Assembly: GCA_905178155.1 (NCBI GenBank)
Contig: CAJINV010000013.1
Coordinates: 2,298,281-2,362,280, forward strand
Reading direction: 5' to 3'
Source: Amoebophrya sp. A120
Lineage: Eukaryota > Protista > Dinoflagellata
DNA length: 64,000 bases
Shown: in pieces, positions 1-14,300 of the stretch
Numbering within the stretch: position 1 is the first letter of the stretch
Layout: each line of letters opens with the position of its first letter
The notes under the pieces: model-generated
Database searches by the model: none
The model's input: only the letters and a program-made list of their open reading frames with translations
Told to the model about the DNA's origin: nothing
Position numbers and translations under genes: made by a program

Positions 1-95
1 TGCGAGATGATGAAGAACAACATGAAAGACCACGGCTGTCATTCGACTCCCGCCTGCATTAGACTCGTGCCAATCTATTCCTGCGAAAGCTACCA

Positions 96-1436
96 TTGCT
101 TTTCAACTTCCACAGGGACGGCGCCAAGTCCACTTCGGAGTCCAACCTGCAGTTCTTTGCCGGTGGGATGCGCTCTATCGGTGGGTTGCAGCGCGGGTCT
201 CGGGGGAGCGCGTCTTCGTCCCGGATGAACCTGCTGGGGGGGATTCAGCCCGTGAGTAACCTCGGCGTGATATCCTGAGCGAAAACGTCCTCACCCCGTA
301 GTCAAGATGGGGAATCTGCTAGACAAATGAGCCAGCTTCGGGCGTTGCGCATGACAAGTTTGGCCTCGTAGTGTAATCTTGTTTAATAGCTAGTTCATCA
401 GCATCACAGACCTAGCCTATTGCGCTCATTAGAGCATCACAAATTCCAAAACACGACCGGAAAACACTTCTCAGGGGACTACGCACGAGAAACATTTTCA
501 GCATGCAGATTTGCATGACAGCTATGGGGTGGGGACGTTTTTACATAGGATACGTGAACACCTTCGCGGGCGACGGGTCGGATTTGAAACAGCAGTACAA
601 CTATTACAATGAAAAATGCCTCCTCCCCATATCAAAACGGAAATTTGTGATGCAGATTTGTGGCCACAAATCAGCTTTGTCATGCTAGAAGGGAAAAGAT
701 GCGGACTCTAGTGCTGGTTGGCGTGGGAAAGCCTTGCATCTTCAGCATGACAGGGGGCAGCTGGAAGTGGGAAACAGCATGACAAATTGCCTGCAAACGA
801 GGCCACAGCTGCGTCTCTTGGCCTTCTAGCATTACAAGTCGATTTGTGTACTCAAATACAGCATCACAAATTTCGTTTTCGATATGGGGAGGGAGGATTT
901 TTCCTTTTGATAACAACGTGAACAACATCATGTCCTGCACCATAGGGCAGAAACCGTCGAAGGCCAAATACTATCTCCACGACGTTGAGGAGGTGACGGA
1001 GTTGCTCGAAGCGCTGAAAAACTCGGTCCGCAGCTGCCTGGAAGGGGACGAAACGAAATTGCAGCAAGTGTACAAATCCACTCCCGCGAAGCTGCAAGGG
1101 ACGTCGAATAGTAATGCAAAGTACAACAACACGCCCGGGGGCGGGGCGCGCGGCGGGCTGTACGGCGCGCCACCCTTTCAACAGGGAGACAATCTCAACC
1201 AGCAACCCGAAGCAGGCGACGTGCAGCGGCAGGGAAGCAAAATAAAAACACCACTAGATCAGTTGAGTTTCGGCGGGCACCAGCGAGGGATGAGGCCGCA
1301 AGACAGAGGACCAGAGTCGGAGCAAAGCGAGGACGGGGGGACATCGGTAGTGTCATCGGTGTCTGATCATGACTACGTGGTCGGTAGTTCCTTCCAGCAA
1401 CAGGGAAGCAGTGCCGGGTACAGGAGCGGAAGGTAA
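96..1436 (+). CDS. 3' part of trehalose-6-phosphate synthase/phosphatase (TPS/TPP), 5'-partial, interrupted by 2 introners
   Basis: After removing 271-552 and 602-912 (+5 nt each) the frame reads NLGVNTFAGDGSDLKQQYNVNNIMSCTIGQKPSKAKYYLHDVEEVTELLEAL. CTxGQKPSKAKYYL is the typical C-terminus of the TPP domain of eukaryotic TPS proteins. The 5' exon boundary is uncertain (possible acceptor at 115). Confidence 0.8.
271..552. mobile_element. Introner family A (TIR TATCCTGAGxAAAACGT)
   Basis: TIR tatcctgagcgaaaacgtcctcacccc / ggggtggggacgtttttacataggata; DR cgtga/cgtga; removal restores frame. Confidence 0.93.
602..912. mobile_element. Introner family B (TIR TAT..AAAAATxCCxCCTCCCCATATC)
   Basis: DR acaac/acaac; removal restores the TPS frame. 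Confidence 0.93.
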
Positions 1437-2686
1437 AGAAGATGCTGATTTTTAAGTACCTACTTAAATGTTCGAAGATCATGGACTATTCTCACCTTTA
1501 CTTCTTAAGTAGCTTCAAGTAGTTTTCAACGATTTTGAGGACGTATTTCAAAGTTATTTTCTGGTTCAAACCTTCACCTTCTGCAATGAAAAAAAACACA
1601 CTGTAAAATGCTTGGAGACCGGACCTTGCCAAATGGTTCACGAGACTCGCTGTAAAGATTTTTGCACCTTCTTCGTGGCAATGTTTTGTATATGAAAAAG
1701 AACAAGATGTCGCCGCCCATGCATGGTGGCTCCGCCTACGAACTCGCGCCAGCCGAGCCACAGAGCCCCTGTCTTGAGGGATCAGGTTCTTTGTGCAAGT
1801 TGCTGTTCGGCAGTCTTGATATTACTTTTACAATCAGAATCATTACTACACCATGTCGTGCACCATCAGTCTTGTTAATATAATGGCCTAAATGACGCCG
1901 GACCTGCGGCCTTGTCGATAACCGGCCTGTGCGTCCAATATTCCTCTGTTTGTCAGTCTTCAAGGTTTACAGGTAGTACTAGAAAATGTTTCCTTCGCGC
2001 CCCAGTTGCAGTTTTCTTCGTCGTCGTTGCACTTTGCCGCGTTTTATTTGCTATCGTCCACAAATAAATCCATCTATCGTCTCGAAAATTTTTTCGTGCA
2101 CCTGTCCTATTTTTTCATCGTGCCTTCCACAGCTCGTGTCAAAATCGTGGCTCTTTTTTGTTTCGTACACAAATCTACACAGAGTATGGAACAAGCGTGT
2201 ATAGAGGAGACACAAATACTGTCTGGTTGACCAAATGTAATCTACTTCTGTGAAAAATCGCGGCAGAACAAATTAATTTCCCCCCCCCCTCACAATCGCT
2301 GCTCCCTCCCTCCCTCTCGGTGGAGCAGGTGGTTGTTGTAAGTTGTCCGACATTATTTTTCATTTTCGCGGTGCTTGCTTGCTCCCCGCACGCGTAGCGC
2401 CAAGAAACCCGCAAGCGTACTGAAGAATCTTCCTAGCAGCTCTTGAGTTTTCGATCCCGTCACTTGGCATAGAAAATGCACCCCAATCACATGCTTCCCC
2501 GAGTTATTTATTGAGCAGCGGGCTCCTCCTTCCCCGATGCCGTTTTTCTGATCATTTCCTTTCAGGTGTAGAAGAAAGCAAATGTCCCAGATGTTGAAAT
2601 TTCGCACGACGAGAAGACGAGCCAGAGGAGAGGACTCATCTTCTGCTGCTTCCTCTGCTGGTACCCGTCCCTCCAGACGAACTGAA

Positions 2687-5274
2687 ATGCGGCTTTATCT
2701 CCACCGCATCAATGCGTTGGCGTTTGCGGCTGCGTTGTTTGATTTGTTGGCGACTGAGACCATGCTGCTGAAGAACAACATGTGGACGACGTCGGGGCGC
2801 ATAGAGGACGGCAGTCATAACTGTCACAACATGGGCGGTGATGAAACGGTAAATGGGAACATCTACTTCTTCCACTCGGATGGAGCGACGATAGAAGGGC
2901 CTGTTGTTGCGTCGACCGTGATGTCTAGGAGTGCGACGTCCACCGCCAAAATATCTAAGAGTCCTCCACACGGGAGGCTAGCGACGCGCAGGAGTAGAAA
3001 TTCAAGCGACAATGGAAGATATGGAGAAAGGAGAGGCGCCGAATATCACTCTGATCTCTCAGTGGAGCCGAACCCGATACAAAACCGGGGTCACGTCGTT
3101 CATCACGGCTGCGTGTTTTCAAGAGTCCTCACCTCCAGTTTCTTCACACTAATACAGCCTGCACATGCACTCCAGGTCAAGTTGAAGACCTCGAATAAAG
3201 CCGCTTCTTCATCGAGGGAAAAAAATCGCGTCTTCGGGAAGACAGTAAAAGGGCGTGTAAAAATGAGCGAGGCGAATATGAGTGGAACACGGCTTCCAGA
3301 GAAAAAAATTACGAATCGCAGTGAAGAGCAGGTCGCGAAAATGCTCGACAAAAAAGAGGAGCCGCACAGCAGTGGCAAGATCGGCAGTGCTCCAGGAGAA
3401 CCTGCCAAGGGGGCACACTCTATACTGCCGGCATCGATGGGAGCGGAGTATCAAAGACAACAGCGCCCCGCGGCCCCCAGAGCTGCTTTCAAATAGTTCT
3501 ACTTGATACTGCAAAGCTTGTATTGAAACTGGAGGTTCTACTGTATGAAGCACGTCTGTTGCTGGCGTATGCACGATGGAGAGTGTATTAGTTTCCCTCG
3601 TCGGGAACAAGCCTTTATTGCAGTGCAAACGCTTCAAAGTGGAAGTTCTGGGGAGGTGGGGGCGTTTTTCGTCATGATACTTCGTACGCGGGAGCGTTCA
3701 GTCAAGAACCGGTACATCATGCCTCTTCGGGGGAGATTCTACAGTTCGCAGCCCCACCAGTTGGTGAGGGTGGCGCCGGTGGTGCCTTGCCCGAGCACGC
3801 CGCTTCCCTGACACCGAGTATCCGTTGGAAAATGAGGAACCATGCCGACTGTTGTCTCATCATAGCATGATAAAAACCAAACGCAGTTAAGTAGTTTATT
3901 GGCAAAGATTTTGTAATATTGCATCGATTTCTATGCGTGATACATACGTGTTGCGGCTTGTCCTCCCTGAGGAACTGCCTAGGGTTCTTGATGGGGATGA
4001 CTAGGTAGCTCATGGCGTTCTTCGCGAGCTCACATTCCAGATGCTTACTTCAATGTTGTGTTTTTCACGAACTTGGCCTTTGCAGGAGCGAGGCCGCCAG
4101 GAAACTATGCTATCTTTACTTTTTAGTACTATGGTACAAGACGACCGATCGTTGGACCACATGGTTTCGACTCATTTTCTCCTCGATAGCGTCCGACGCC
4201 GACGGCGGCGAGCCGGGTCCAGCAGGAGGAGGAGGCGGCCGCACGTCATCAAGCAGCAACATTAACCAGCCACCAGGCTGCATGATCGGCGGCAGCGAGG
4301 ATTGCGGGGCGATATGCATCGTGATCCTGGTCTGCATTCTCGTCCTGCTCATCGCCGGCGTAACCGTTTGCGTCCTGGTTTGCTGGTGCGGCAAGGAGGT
4401 GTGCGGCTTGCGGTCCTGGTGTGGCCGCAACCCGGAAGATCTAGCGTCTATCGACGATTACACTGAGGCTGAGGACAGCGGAGCGAACAGTGGACTGCGG
4501 ACGCACGACCTTCATCACGGAAGCTACAGACCATCGGAAGGGTCGTCGAACACTGTAGGGGGTAGTTCCCCCCGGTCGTCCAAGACGAAATTTCGGGAGT
4601 CGCACTTCGGGACGCCGCTCAGCGCCGGCAACGACCCAGTAATTTCCTCGGAGTCACCAGCGAGTTCGGATAGCGACAAACCGAACCGGCCCTCCGGCTT
4701 CTACAACCTGAGCCCCACCACGTCCTCGCAGACGAAGGAACAACAGGACGTTAGCAGCGCCGCAAAAAGTCACAAGAAGTCGGGCGCGCGCGGGGCCAAG
4801 ATAAAGCCGTATAATGACGACGGCGACGACAGCCACATTAGCGCGGAAGCCAATTCGAGTCTGAGCAAGCGGCGCGGAAAGAACAAGGGGACTTCGAAAG
4901 TGAGCAAGAGTATGAATGCCAGCGCTAACAGAGAGAGCAAGAGTATGAATGCCAGCGGCGCTAACTCCAGTCACAACAGCGGCGCTAACTCCAGTCACAA
5001 CAGTAGCGACCACAGCAACAGCGGGTCCCATGCGGGGTCCGGGGTAAATACCTCCGGTTCGTTCAATAAGTACACGTTGAACAATAAAGCGGGAGGACAT
5101 AGTACTTCTAAAAGACAATCACACAGCACGACGAGGAGCGGTGGTCAAAGTGTCTCGCGAAAGGACCCTAGTCGCAGCCCCTCGGAGCATGAGACTACAC
5201 AGCAAGACGTCAAGCACGGCCAAGGCACGCGGTATGAACAACGCCGACAAAGAAGGGAGATGAGAAAAAGATAG
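2687..5274 (+). CDS. Putative single-pass membrane protein (signal-like N-terminus, Cys-flanked TM helix, Ser-rich tail); 3 exons; start could be 2582
   Basis: Exons ~2687-3448, 3685-3818 and 4194-5274 join in frame after removing two old introners; TM segment CGAICIVILVCILVLLIAGVTVCVLVCWCG. Confidence 0.65.
3449..3679. mobile_element. Degenerate introner (B-like)
   Basis: tatcaaagacaacagcgcccc / ggggcgtttttcgtcatgata; DR diverged cggag/cttcg; element+5 nt restores frame. Confidence 0.7.
3819..4188. mobile_element. Degenerate introner (singleton TIR)
   Basis: tatccgttggaaaatgaggaaccatg / catggtttcgactcattttctcctcgata; DR diverged ccgag/gcgtc; frame restored. Confidence 0.7.
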
Positions 5275-6239
5275 ACAGTTGTATCCAGATTTGATGCTGG
5301 TTGCCGAAGACGAAAAAGGCGTACTCGTCTTGCCGCTTCAAATTCTGCTCGCCGACGTAAAGATACTTGTCTGCTATTCAGATCGTCGTGCTGACTGTAG
5401 TGGTTCTTCTAGCTGGTCGTATGAATAGTCCGCTTTAAAAATGCATGTGGTCTACTTATTGCTTGATTTGAAACTTCTACACGTACCTTAAAACATTCGT
5501 ACAATTCATTTCATTTTTCTGCTGCTTAAATTTTTGGCTCCATTTCCAATGTCTGGTTCTGAGATCTTCATGGTACAGGAGCCAAAAGAAAGGCTGTGTT
5601 TGTTCGAGGTAGATGGCAAAAACTTCTACATGTGATAAACTCTAATCCTCAACACATCATCGTCCCACAGACACATGCCTCGTTGTCGTACCAGGCTGAC
5701 CAGCTGCGCACTACTCGTACTTGACAGGCGAATTTTTTCTTTTCGCGATTCGTACATCAAAGTCAACAAACATGCGTAGTCTCTGACCAACGCGTCTCTC
5801 GACTCGTGACATCAGGTGTAAAAATTTGTGCTAACGTCGCTTCGTCCTCGACGTGCGTCGCTGTCAACTAGGTGATAGGTAGTTGCGTAGAAGACCACTT
5901 TGTGCTCGTTCAAACTTTTTTTCTCGTCATCGTTGATCCGTGTGATGAATGAAGAGGCGATTACAAAATTCTAATCTTCTGGATTGTTGCAAGAAATTTG
6001 ATGGCATTCCAACCTGAATAACAATCATTCCCAGGCCGCTCCTCGCTTGGTTGACGAGCTGTTGCGTGTTATTGTTTCTACCCCAGAACGAACCATTGCC
6101 ACTCTGAGATTTGGTAGCACCTCGTACTCCGGAAATAAAAAAGGTAGGTGGCGAGAATGTAAGAATATTATCGGAAGTAGAACCACATGAGGACATCAAG
6201 TATGCAAAATCCCCACTGTGTTACTCGCAGTTGTCCGCT

Positions 6240-7865
6240 ATGCTGGCGGCTGCATTAGCCGTGGGGGGTGGCGGGGGGTGTGGCTTCTGGCTCATCCTGC
6301 TTTTGATCCTTGGGCTCTTGATGATGGCCGGGAGCGCGACAATCGCGGTCACAGTGTATGGGTGCGGAAAGCAGTGTCTCTGCTTCTACCCGCCAGAGGC
6401 GGAGAAGGAGGAGTTGCAAGTCAACCGAATCGGAAAACAGGTGTCGAAAAGAACTATCCGTGTAAACGAGGAGAGTCGTGCTGGATACGACAATGTTTTT
6501 GCAGCCGGAGGTGATATAAAATGCAAAGATGTAGTCGGGGTCTGGAGGAAGAGTGTACTTTTTTGTCATGCATCTTTTGGATCATGTTCACGAAGATGGT
6601 CTCTAGCTCCAGCTCTGCTGTGCGCAAAAGCATTATGGGTTTTGCGCAGGCTTCTCGCCGCCCATTCAGCAGTGAAAACTTTCTATTTGCGTAGGAAGAA
6701 GTGGGCAGCTGTTGGCGCTCATGTTGCAACTTACAAATTTAGACATGATCGTCCAGAGGGTGCATCACGAGTTGGAACTCAACTCTTCCCGACGCAGACA
6801 TGTTTGCGATGCATAGGTGAAATACCACGGGTCGTTATAATGGACCAAGGCGGAGCGAATCAAAGCCTAAACCCAAGGAACCGTGCGGCCCCTTCCACGG
6901 TGTCGGGCCCACCCCCGGGCGCCAAAGGCGGTGCACAGCGCTGGCTCTCGTATGATCAAAGGATGACGATCCCAATGCCCTCCGGCGTGACATCTGCGCT
7001 CACATCGGCCGCCACGACTCGGACCTCTGTAGAAAGTTCGCAATTGGGAGATCGAGATAGCAACTTCACCGTCGACAGCACTCTACGCATTGCAAAAGTC
7101 TCGTTCTGCTCGTAGATAGTCGTAGGGCACGATTTGCATGACATTTTTTTTGGCACAGTATGACAAGCCTTGTTTGTGTGTTTTGCATCGCTCGACAAAA
7201 ATCACTGTTGATGGCAAAATCCGAAAAGATGTCAACCGGAGATGATGAATTTTTTGACATTCTATCGAATGGGTCGTTTTCTATCGAAATTTCTTACCCC
7301 GGATGTGTTGATCGTACATACGCAAGTACGGGACTTTTGCGCAGGATTGCAGTTTTACTCACCGATCGGTGTTCCGGTCGCGGATCCTGCTCACCGCGGA
7401 CCTGCACTGAGTGCGGAAAGTAGTACGACTTCGAACGAGGAGTACGGCAACGAAAGTAGTGCCCTTTTGTCGAGCGGGTCTTCCACGTCTAGTTTTAAGG
7501 GTACTGGTACCAAAAAGGGTAAAAACCAATTCTCCTTCGGCCGCAGGTACAACAAGAATAAGATGAGAAGTCAGGTGGACAAGGCGCTTTTGAGCAGCAG
7601 TATGAATAGCTCTGCTGCGCAAGGGCAAAGCTTCGGGCGAGACAAACTCCTGTCTTCGAGTAGTACATCAACTAGCGGTAATGAGGCTGTTTCTTCTGGC
7701 AAGAGTCGTGACAGACTTCTTTTGAGTAGCGATACACACCACCTGCACGGGCACAGCAGCTACAGTCGTGATAGGCTGCTGATGGGGACAAGCAGCGGGA
7801 TGCAGAACCAAAACGCGCAACAAGCACAACCGTGGGAAAGCTACTACACAGGGAACCAGTCGTGA
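6240..7865 (+). CDS. Putative single-pass membrane protein with Ser-rich tail; 2 introners
   Basis: TM segment CGFWLILLLILGLLMMAGSATIAVTVYGCGKQC; ORFs 6111-7115 and 7242-7865 join after introner removal. Confidence 0.6.
6515..6815. mobile_element. Introner family C (degenerate TIR)
   Basis: tataaaatgcaaagatgtagtcggggtctgg / cccgacgcagacatgtttgcgatgcata; DR ggtga/ggtga. Confidence 0.85.
7084..7348. mobile_element. Degenerate introner (E-like)
   Basis: tacgcattgcaaaagtc / gacttttgcgcaggatt; DR lost (cactc/gcagt); element+5 nt restores frame. Confidence 0.55.
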
Positions 7866-8381
7866 GCTGCATAAAATTTGCAAGCAAGAAGTTTCGGTGC
7901 GGTTCTTTCAAGAAAATGCAAGTTAATGTTTCGTCTCGTTCGAACGGGAGGTGACTGCATTTTGAATTTGAACGCATTTTCAGGGCGGTTGCGTTTTCTT
8001 GCGAAAATATTTTTTTCCTGAACTGCATAAATACTGTCTCTGGGTTTTTCTTTTTGTTGCTTCTCCGTCTTCGTTGTTCATGTTCTTTTGTGAATTGGGA
8101 GATGGTGGGCAGTTGAGTAGGCCGCGAGAAGAGCGAGCGGGCAGAGTGTGGCTGACACGATCAACAAACATCATTTGAGAGATGGTGAGTTGTCACAACC
8201 AGCATGGTTGATGTTGTGCGTCAAGTTTTATCTCCTGAGAGGATAGTGCTTACGTACTGAAACCAATAACGCTCTTAACAAATAAAAGGTTGTATTTACT
8301 GGTTATGGCTGTGTAATGATCTGAGGCAACATCATGGATTACGTCGAAAAGAAAGAATGACATTGATCTGATCTCACGACC

Positions 8382-11300
8382 ATGCAGCTCCCAACTGCTC
8401 CCGGACCGCCGGGCGTGGCCGCTGCGACCACTGGAGCAAACGCGTCCAACATCGCTGGGCCCAGTAAGAACCATAGCGCCTCTCCTGCTGCTCCCCTAGC
8501 CGCGCGCACGAATGCGAATACGTCCAACTACGCTTCAGCCGGAGCGGGTGGCGGTGGTCAGCATTTGTTTCATCCACCCGCGGCGACGTCCGCGCACACT
8601 GTGGCGGCTTTCGGCCAGCACGCCACGGCTACGAACGCCACGGCTGCCGCGCACTTTGCGGCGCAAATGTACCAGCAGGCTACGCTAGCGGCCGTGGCAA
8701 GTACAAGTAGAGGCTCGTCCTCTTCTACGCAGCACCAAGGCTCGTTTCTTCCCGGTGGGGTAGGGAGCTTCGTGCCGCACAATTTGCACACCATATCGGC
8801 GGCCATGGCCGCGGGTGGTGGCGGAGCAGGAGCGGGTGGGCATCATTTACTATTTCCAGGAAGTCATCAATCCCAGCAACAGCTGCACCACCACCACCAC
8901 CAGCAGACCTTTCTCGGCGGTGCGCTGGGCGCAGCCGCTGGCGGGCTGCTTGGCGGGGCTGGTGGAGCCGCTGCACAGCACCTAGCTGCAACTACCGATC
9001 TTGTCCACAACGGCGCGCCGGCGAATTTTTTGCTTCCAGGTGTAACACATCAACATCACCACCAGCAACTGCAGCAACATTTGGCTACGCAGCAGCATGT
9101 TGGCGGGACCACGATGGCCGGTGGAGGTGCGCAGCCGTTGCACCAGCAACTTTTGCAGCTCGTCACGCTCTATCCTCGATGCAAAAGTATCATCGTCGTG
9201 CTCACTGCAGTCTCGCTTTATAGTGCACCTTTTCTCTATGCTTGATTCAGCATGTTGACCAATTGCATTTTTCCTTCTGAGGAAATTTGTGACGCAGTTA
9301 CTACTGGTCCGCTGGCACACTACTTTTGCAATGCATACTCTCCAGCAGCAGCAGCATCAGATCCATTTTCACATGACGAAGCAAAAACAGGAGGTCGCCT
9401 TGGTGCTTACCAAAATGCTGCAGGACGCGAACAAAGTCTGTCCGGCTATGGATGTATTTAGAAAATATGAAACTCTCCTCAACATCTGTTTGATTCATTC
9501 TCATGTGCATAATTTGCATGAGCTGGAGCATGCGTTCAGCATGACACCAGAAGACGCCAGGACCTCGAAGCGTGCTCAACAAGAAATGCGTACTTAGAAA
9601 AAAAATCTTCTCAGGACCGCGAGCGGGGCGCGATGGTCCACCAGATTCTGACGCAGGCGGCTTTGCGGTGCGCAGACCCGATCGTGCTGCAGACGGCTTG
9701 GGAAGAAACGTTGGCCAAGTTTGAGGTCCAGGAAAGGCTGAAATGGGCCCGGGCCGGAGCCAACTGGGTGACGACGACCCTGGCGGCGAATTCGCTGGCG
9801 GCTAGTAAGGGAAAGGGCGGTGGCGGCGGTGGTGGTGCTGTTCCCCCGCCGCAACATCCTGTTCCTGCTCCACGTGGTGGCCACAATGGGGTCGTCACCG
9901 CGCAGAAGGAGACCACTTCGTTTGTTCAGCACCAGCAGGAGGCTTATGGAAACAACCAGCAGCACCACCAGCGACGGACATCGCAAGACCTGCAACAATC
10001 AACTTTCAATCAGTTGTTTCAACAGGGGCAGCACCAGGCAAGGACAAATGCGAGTGGAGCTGTTTCATCTGCCCACCAGGTCAATCGGGTGCCACCCCCA
10101 CCGCAGCCACTTGTAACGACGCACAGTAGTAACTACGCAGGGAACAACGGTTCGTGTAGTGCCACCTCTTCTGGCGGAAGTAGTGTGAAAAATAACGCGG
10201 GCGGTGGAAATAACAGCGGTAGATCGAGGCAAAGTAAAAATCACTACCAGAACAACAGTAGTGCTTTTTTTCACAACGGAAATATAGTAGATGGTAGTAC
10301 TTCTACTTCTGGAAGCGGCAACAACGCTGGAGCCGCCGGAAACCTAGGTGGAGCTCCGCTTCTGCAGCAGAAGCAACAATACGGTCATCCGCACCCACCG
10401 CCGGCCGGCGCTGCGCAAGGCAATAATGGTGGTGGAACTTCCACTGCGATACCAGCATCAGCAACTGGTTGTGCCACGATTCTTGCGACAGGTACTACCA
10501 GCGGCCCGCCGGTAGTAACAAGGACCCCTCCGCATGGGCCGCGTGTTTCCGCCACCAATGGCACTGTTTCCAACGATACAAGCAGCACAACCGGTGCTGG
10601 CGACCAGCAGAACAAGCGCCTGCCGACCCCTCCCAAGCCGCGTCCGCTGTCTGCACAGCAGCGGCACCAACTGCAGCACCAGCACCAGTTGCAGCAGCAG
10701 AAACACCAGCTCCAGCAGCAGCTAGTGGCGGCGGCGCAGAATTTGCCGCCCCACCTCGCCGGCGCCGCCGCTGCTTCGATAATGGCAGCGGTAAATAGTT
10801 GTTCGGCTCAGCAGCGCCAACGACAAGAGCAGCAGCAGCATCAGAAGGGCGGAAGCAATAATTTCTCCTCATCCACCACCCCCGACAATAGTAGTGCAAC
10901 ACGGTCGTCGCAGCGCGATGCGTCGCGACATCAGCAGCAGAATATGGTGAATCTTAACCATCAAAACTCGCTCAATAGTTCTTCTTGTATCCTGCAGAGC
11001 AGCCAAACGTTTCCCTACAATAGTTTCTCCGCGGGCGGCGGTGGAGGTGGAGCCGGACACCTTCAGAACAACCGAAATAGTAGTTCTAACGGGCAAGGGC
11101 AACAAGAACAACTAGTACACAAGCAGCAGCACCAACACCAGCATCAACGGATGGACACTCATGCGAACAGTTCTAGTACAACTACAGGGGCTCCTCAGCG
11201 TCAACGTCAATCCCACCACGCTGCTTCCACCGCCGCTTCGTCATCATCAGGAGAACCAATGTCAGCCGGGGGTGCAGCAACAGGGGCCGGTTTCAAGCAG

Positions 11301-14300
11301 ACCCCAAGCAAGAGGAAAGAACCCCGTGAGCAGAACCAAAAGTACAATGCGGAAGAGAAAATTATAAACGAAAAGCAGATGGACGAGCAGCAGGCCCAGG
11401 AGTTTTTGATGGGACCCGGAATGAACGAGACCTGTGAAGCCGCGCAGGAGCTGCGGCCGCAGAAGCTGCTGCACCACGCGCAGCTTCAGAAGCACCTCAG
11501 TTCTTGTTCCTTCGCAGGAGACCCCTGGGACCCTCTACTTCGGGACGACGCGCGCCAGCAGCTGGGACAGGAACAGAGCAGCTTTCACTCCGGGGCGCAG
11601 ATGAATAGTAGCATCATCAACAACCCAGCGCCAACGACCATTTCGACGCCGATGGCGGCCGGAGACAGAACGAACAGTTTGAACCGAAGCACCACACTGA
11701 GTCCGAGCGCGAGCTCCACCTGTGCTGGAGACACGTCGCTCTTAATAGGTGGAGGGAACTACAACGGGGGGCAACAGTCGCAGCAGCCTATGCAGCGGAA
11801 CAGCATCAATCGTACACCGAATGGGACGAGCCATGCAGCAGCAGCTTCGGGCAGTAGTAGAAAACAACAAGCAACAAGTTCTACTACCTTTGGTGCACCC
11901 GCGAGCTGCAACATGGTTGCATCTACAGGAATGGCAGGGAATAATCTTCAGAACAACTCATCATCATCTCCCCTTCAGCAGCGCTTTTTCCCTGAGGGTC
12001 GCGCAGCAAGCGATGCAGCCGGTGCACCTGGATCGTCTTCTTCAGGAACAACTACCTCTTCGCTGAACGCGAATGCCGAGAGCTTTTACATGTCCGGAAC
12101 TCCAGTGTTAGACGCGATCCTCTCCGCACTGCAGCAACAAGCCCATCAAGTGTCTGTGCATCAGCAGGAACAAGGTCGCCAACTACAGATGGGAGGCGGC
12201 ACGGGAACAATTACCGACCACGGAAATGCCGGCTTGTTGAATTATGTTGATGAACAGAACGGTGAGTATAATTGCGATTTCATTCCCGGAAGTGCAGGAA
12301 ATAATTTTTTCCACCGCAATTTGTTGCAAGGTGCGGAGAGCAGTTGTGCAACTAGATCTTCACAAGGGTGTTTCGTTCCCCAAGTCCTTCCTGCGTCGAT
12401 GACACCAGCACCACCCTCCGGGGTGGAAATGTTAACCACAGGGACTACGGCTGGACGACCCCACGCGTTTCATCTACCGGGTTCGTTGTCCGCTTCCGCT
12501 TGCATTCCTACTGCCCCGCTTTTAGATGCGATAACAACTTCTACTGCTGCTGGTACCGCCCAACAGCAGCACGGGGCGTCGACGACAGCCAACACTTATC
12601 CGCTCGTGGGAACGTCGCCCAGCTGCTCCAGCAGTACCAGCAAGCGAAGAGCTGGTAACAGAGGAGCAGGAGGACAGCAGCACGCGATTTTGGGTAGTGG
12701 TACGACGGTCGCCGGGGGGCCCCGCCGGGCACCAGCATCAACTTCGACTTGCGGTAATAAACCTCCAAACGACAGCGCGATTGCACACGAGTGCCAGTTT
12801 CTGCTTGCGTACAAACTGGAGCTGATGGGGTCGACGACGTCGCACAACTCGCAAGACCAAACTTCCGCAAAGAATGACGCGCTGACCAGCATGCTCGAGA
12901 AACACGCACAGACGGTGTTGCAGCCTTTGCTTTTCCCCAGCTTCAACATCGCGACGGGGAGTGGTGGCAGTACTGCTGGAGGTTCCACGTCTACTGGTGA
13001 AACTGCTAGTACAACAGGCGCCCGGACCTCCACAGTAGACCGAACCAGTCCGGGCAAAGCTCCAACCGGGCCGCAAGTGGAAGAGCCAGCCTCAGATCAG
13101 CTGCAGAATGATTGTAAAAATCCTAACCGGGAAGTTTTGGACTGGTTTTGCTCCAAAGTCGCAGACCGGTGGCAAAGCGAAGAGTTTGAGCTGCTGTTGG
13201 GAGATCTGGAGTGTTGCCAGCAGCATCAGGTCTCATCAGTATCAAGTGTAAAAATGTCTGGGTCTGGAAGGATGTAACTTGTGATGCGCATTTCAGAACA
13301 CAAAAATCTCTGATGCATAGGCAGCAAAAGCTGCTCACTTTCTGTCACCAAAATGGGGGATTTGTCATGCGGATACGGCATTGCGGAAGCTTCTCGAAAC
13401 CTGTGACGCTAGAGCTTCCATGCCAGACCTTCTGTGTCATGCAGAAACAGCATGACTCTGCCAGACCCAGACATTTTTACATTTGATAATCAGCACAGGG
13501 CGACAATGCTGCTACTTCCACCACGACATCAACATCGAGCGGCACTAGCACCGCGCAGCTCTACCTGCACGCGTCTTTGAAGGAGTGTTTCGCCGAAGTC
13601 TTGTCCGAGTTTCTCGTGCGCCCGATCGACGTTTTATCCTTTGCAAAAACTACTACGGCCCCAGGACATAGTCAAAATGGCAAACCTCCGAGAGAAATCT
13701 AGAAGGAGGTTGAGAGTCACGACGCATGCGAAGTTTTCGTCTCTAGTGTAGCGGAGGCTAGGAAGTAGGACAGCCGCATCATATCAAATAAGCCATTTCT
13801 TGCTTATCCCGGCGTCTACAGCATTTTTACAAATGCCAAAACTTGACTAGCAATGCCTCTCATGGGGTTACTACGCGGCACGACAGATTTTCCTGCAGAT
13901 GATCCAAAAATCAGCGTGATAATTTCGGGTTCCTCGTGGGGACGTTTTTGCTCAGGATACTTGTTTCTGCGCGACCATCCGGAGAGCAGATGGGTGGACT
14001 GCTTTCGGGAGGATATTGTGCTCCAGTTGGACGAGCGGGATCTGACAGTGACCCTTTCGGAGGGACCACGTTTACCAACATCTAACCTGGTATCCGGTTG
14101 CGGGAGGTCAAAAACATTGCTGAGGGAAGTGGCAGCGGTCGTCCTCGCAAACCACGACCAACAACTTAACGGTTCAACGTTCGCAGCAGTACAGCCTACC
14201 TTTGCTGCAGCTGCAGCAGCTTCAATCTCGTCGTCGCAGGAGGGATCTTCAGTGTGTCGGTCAACGGCGCAGTCTCAACAAGATTTATTACCGCAAGAAA

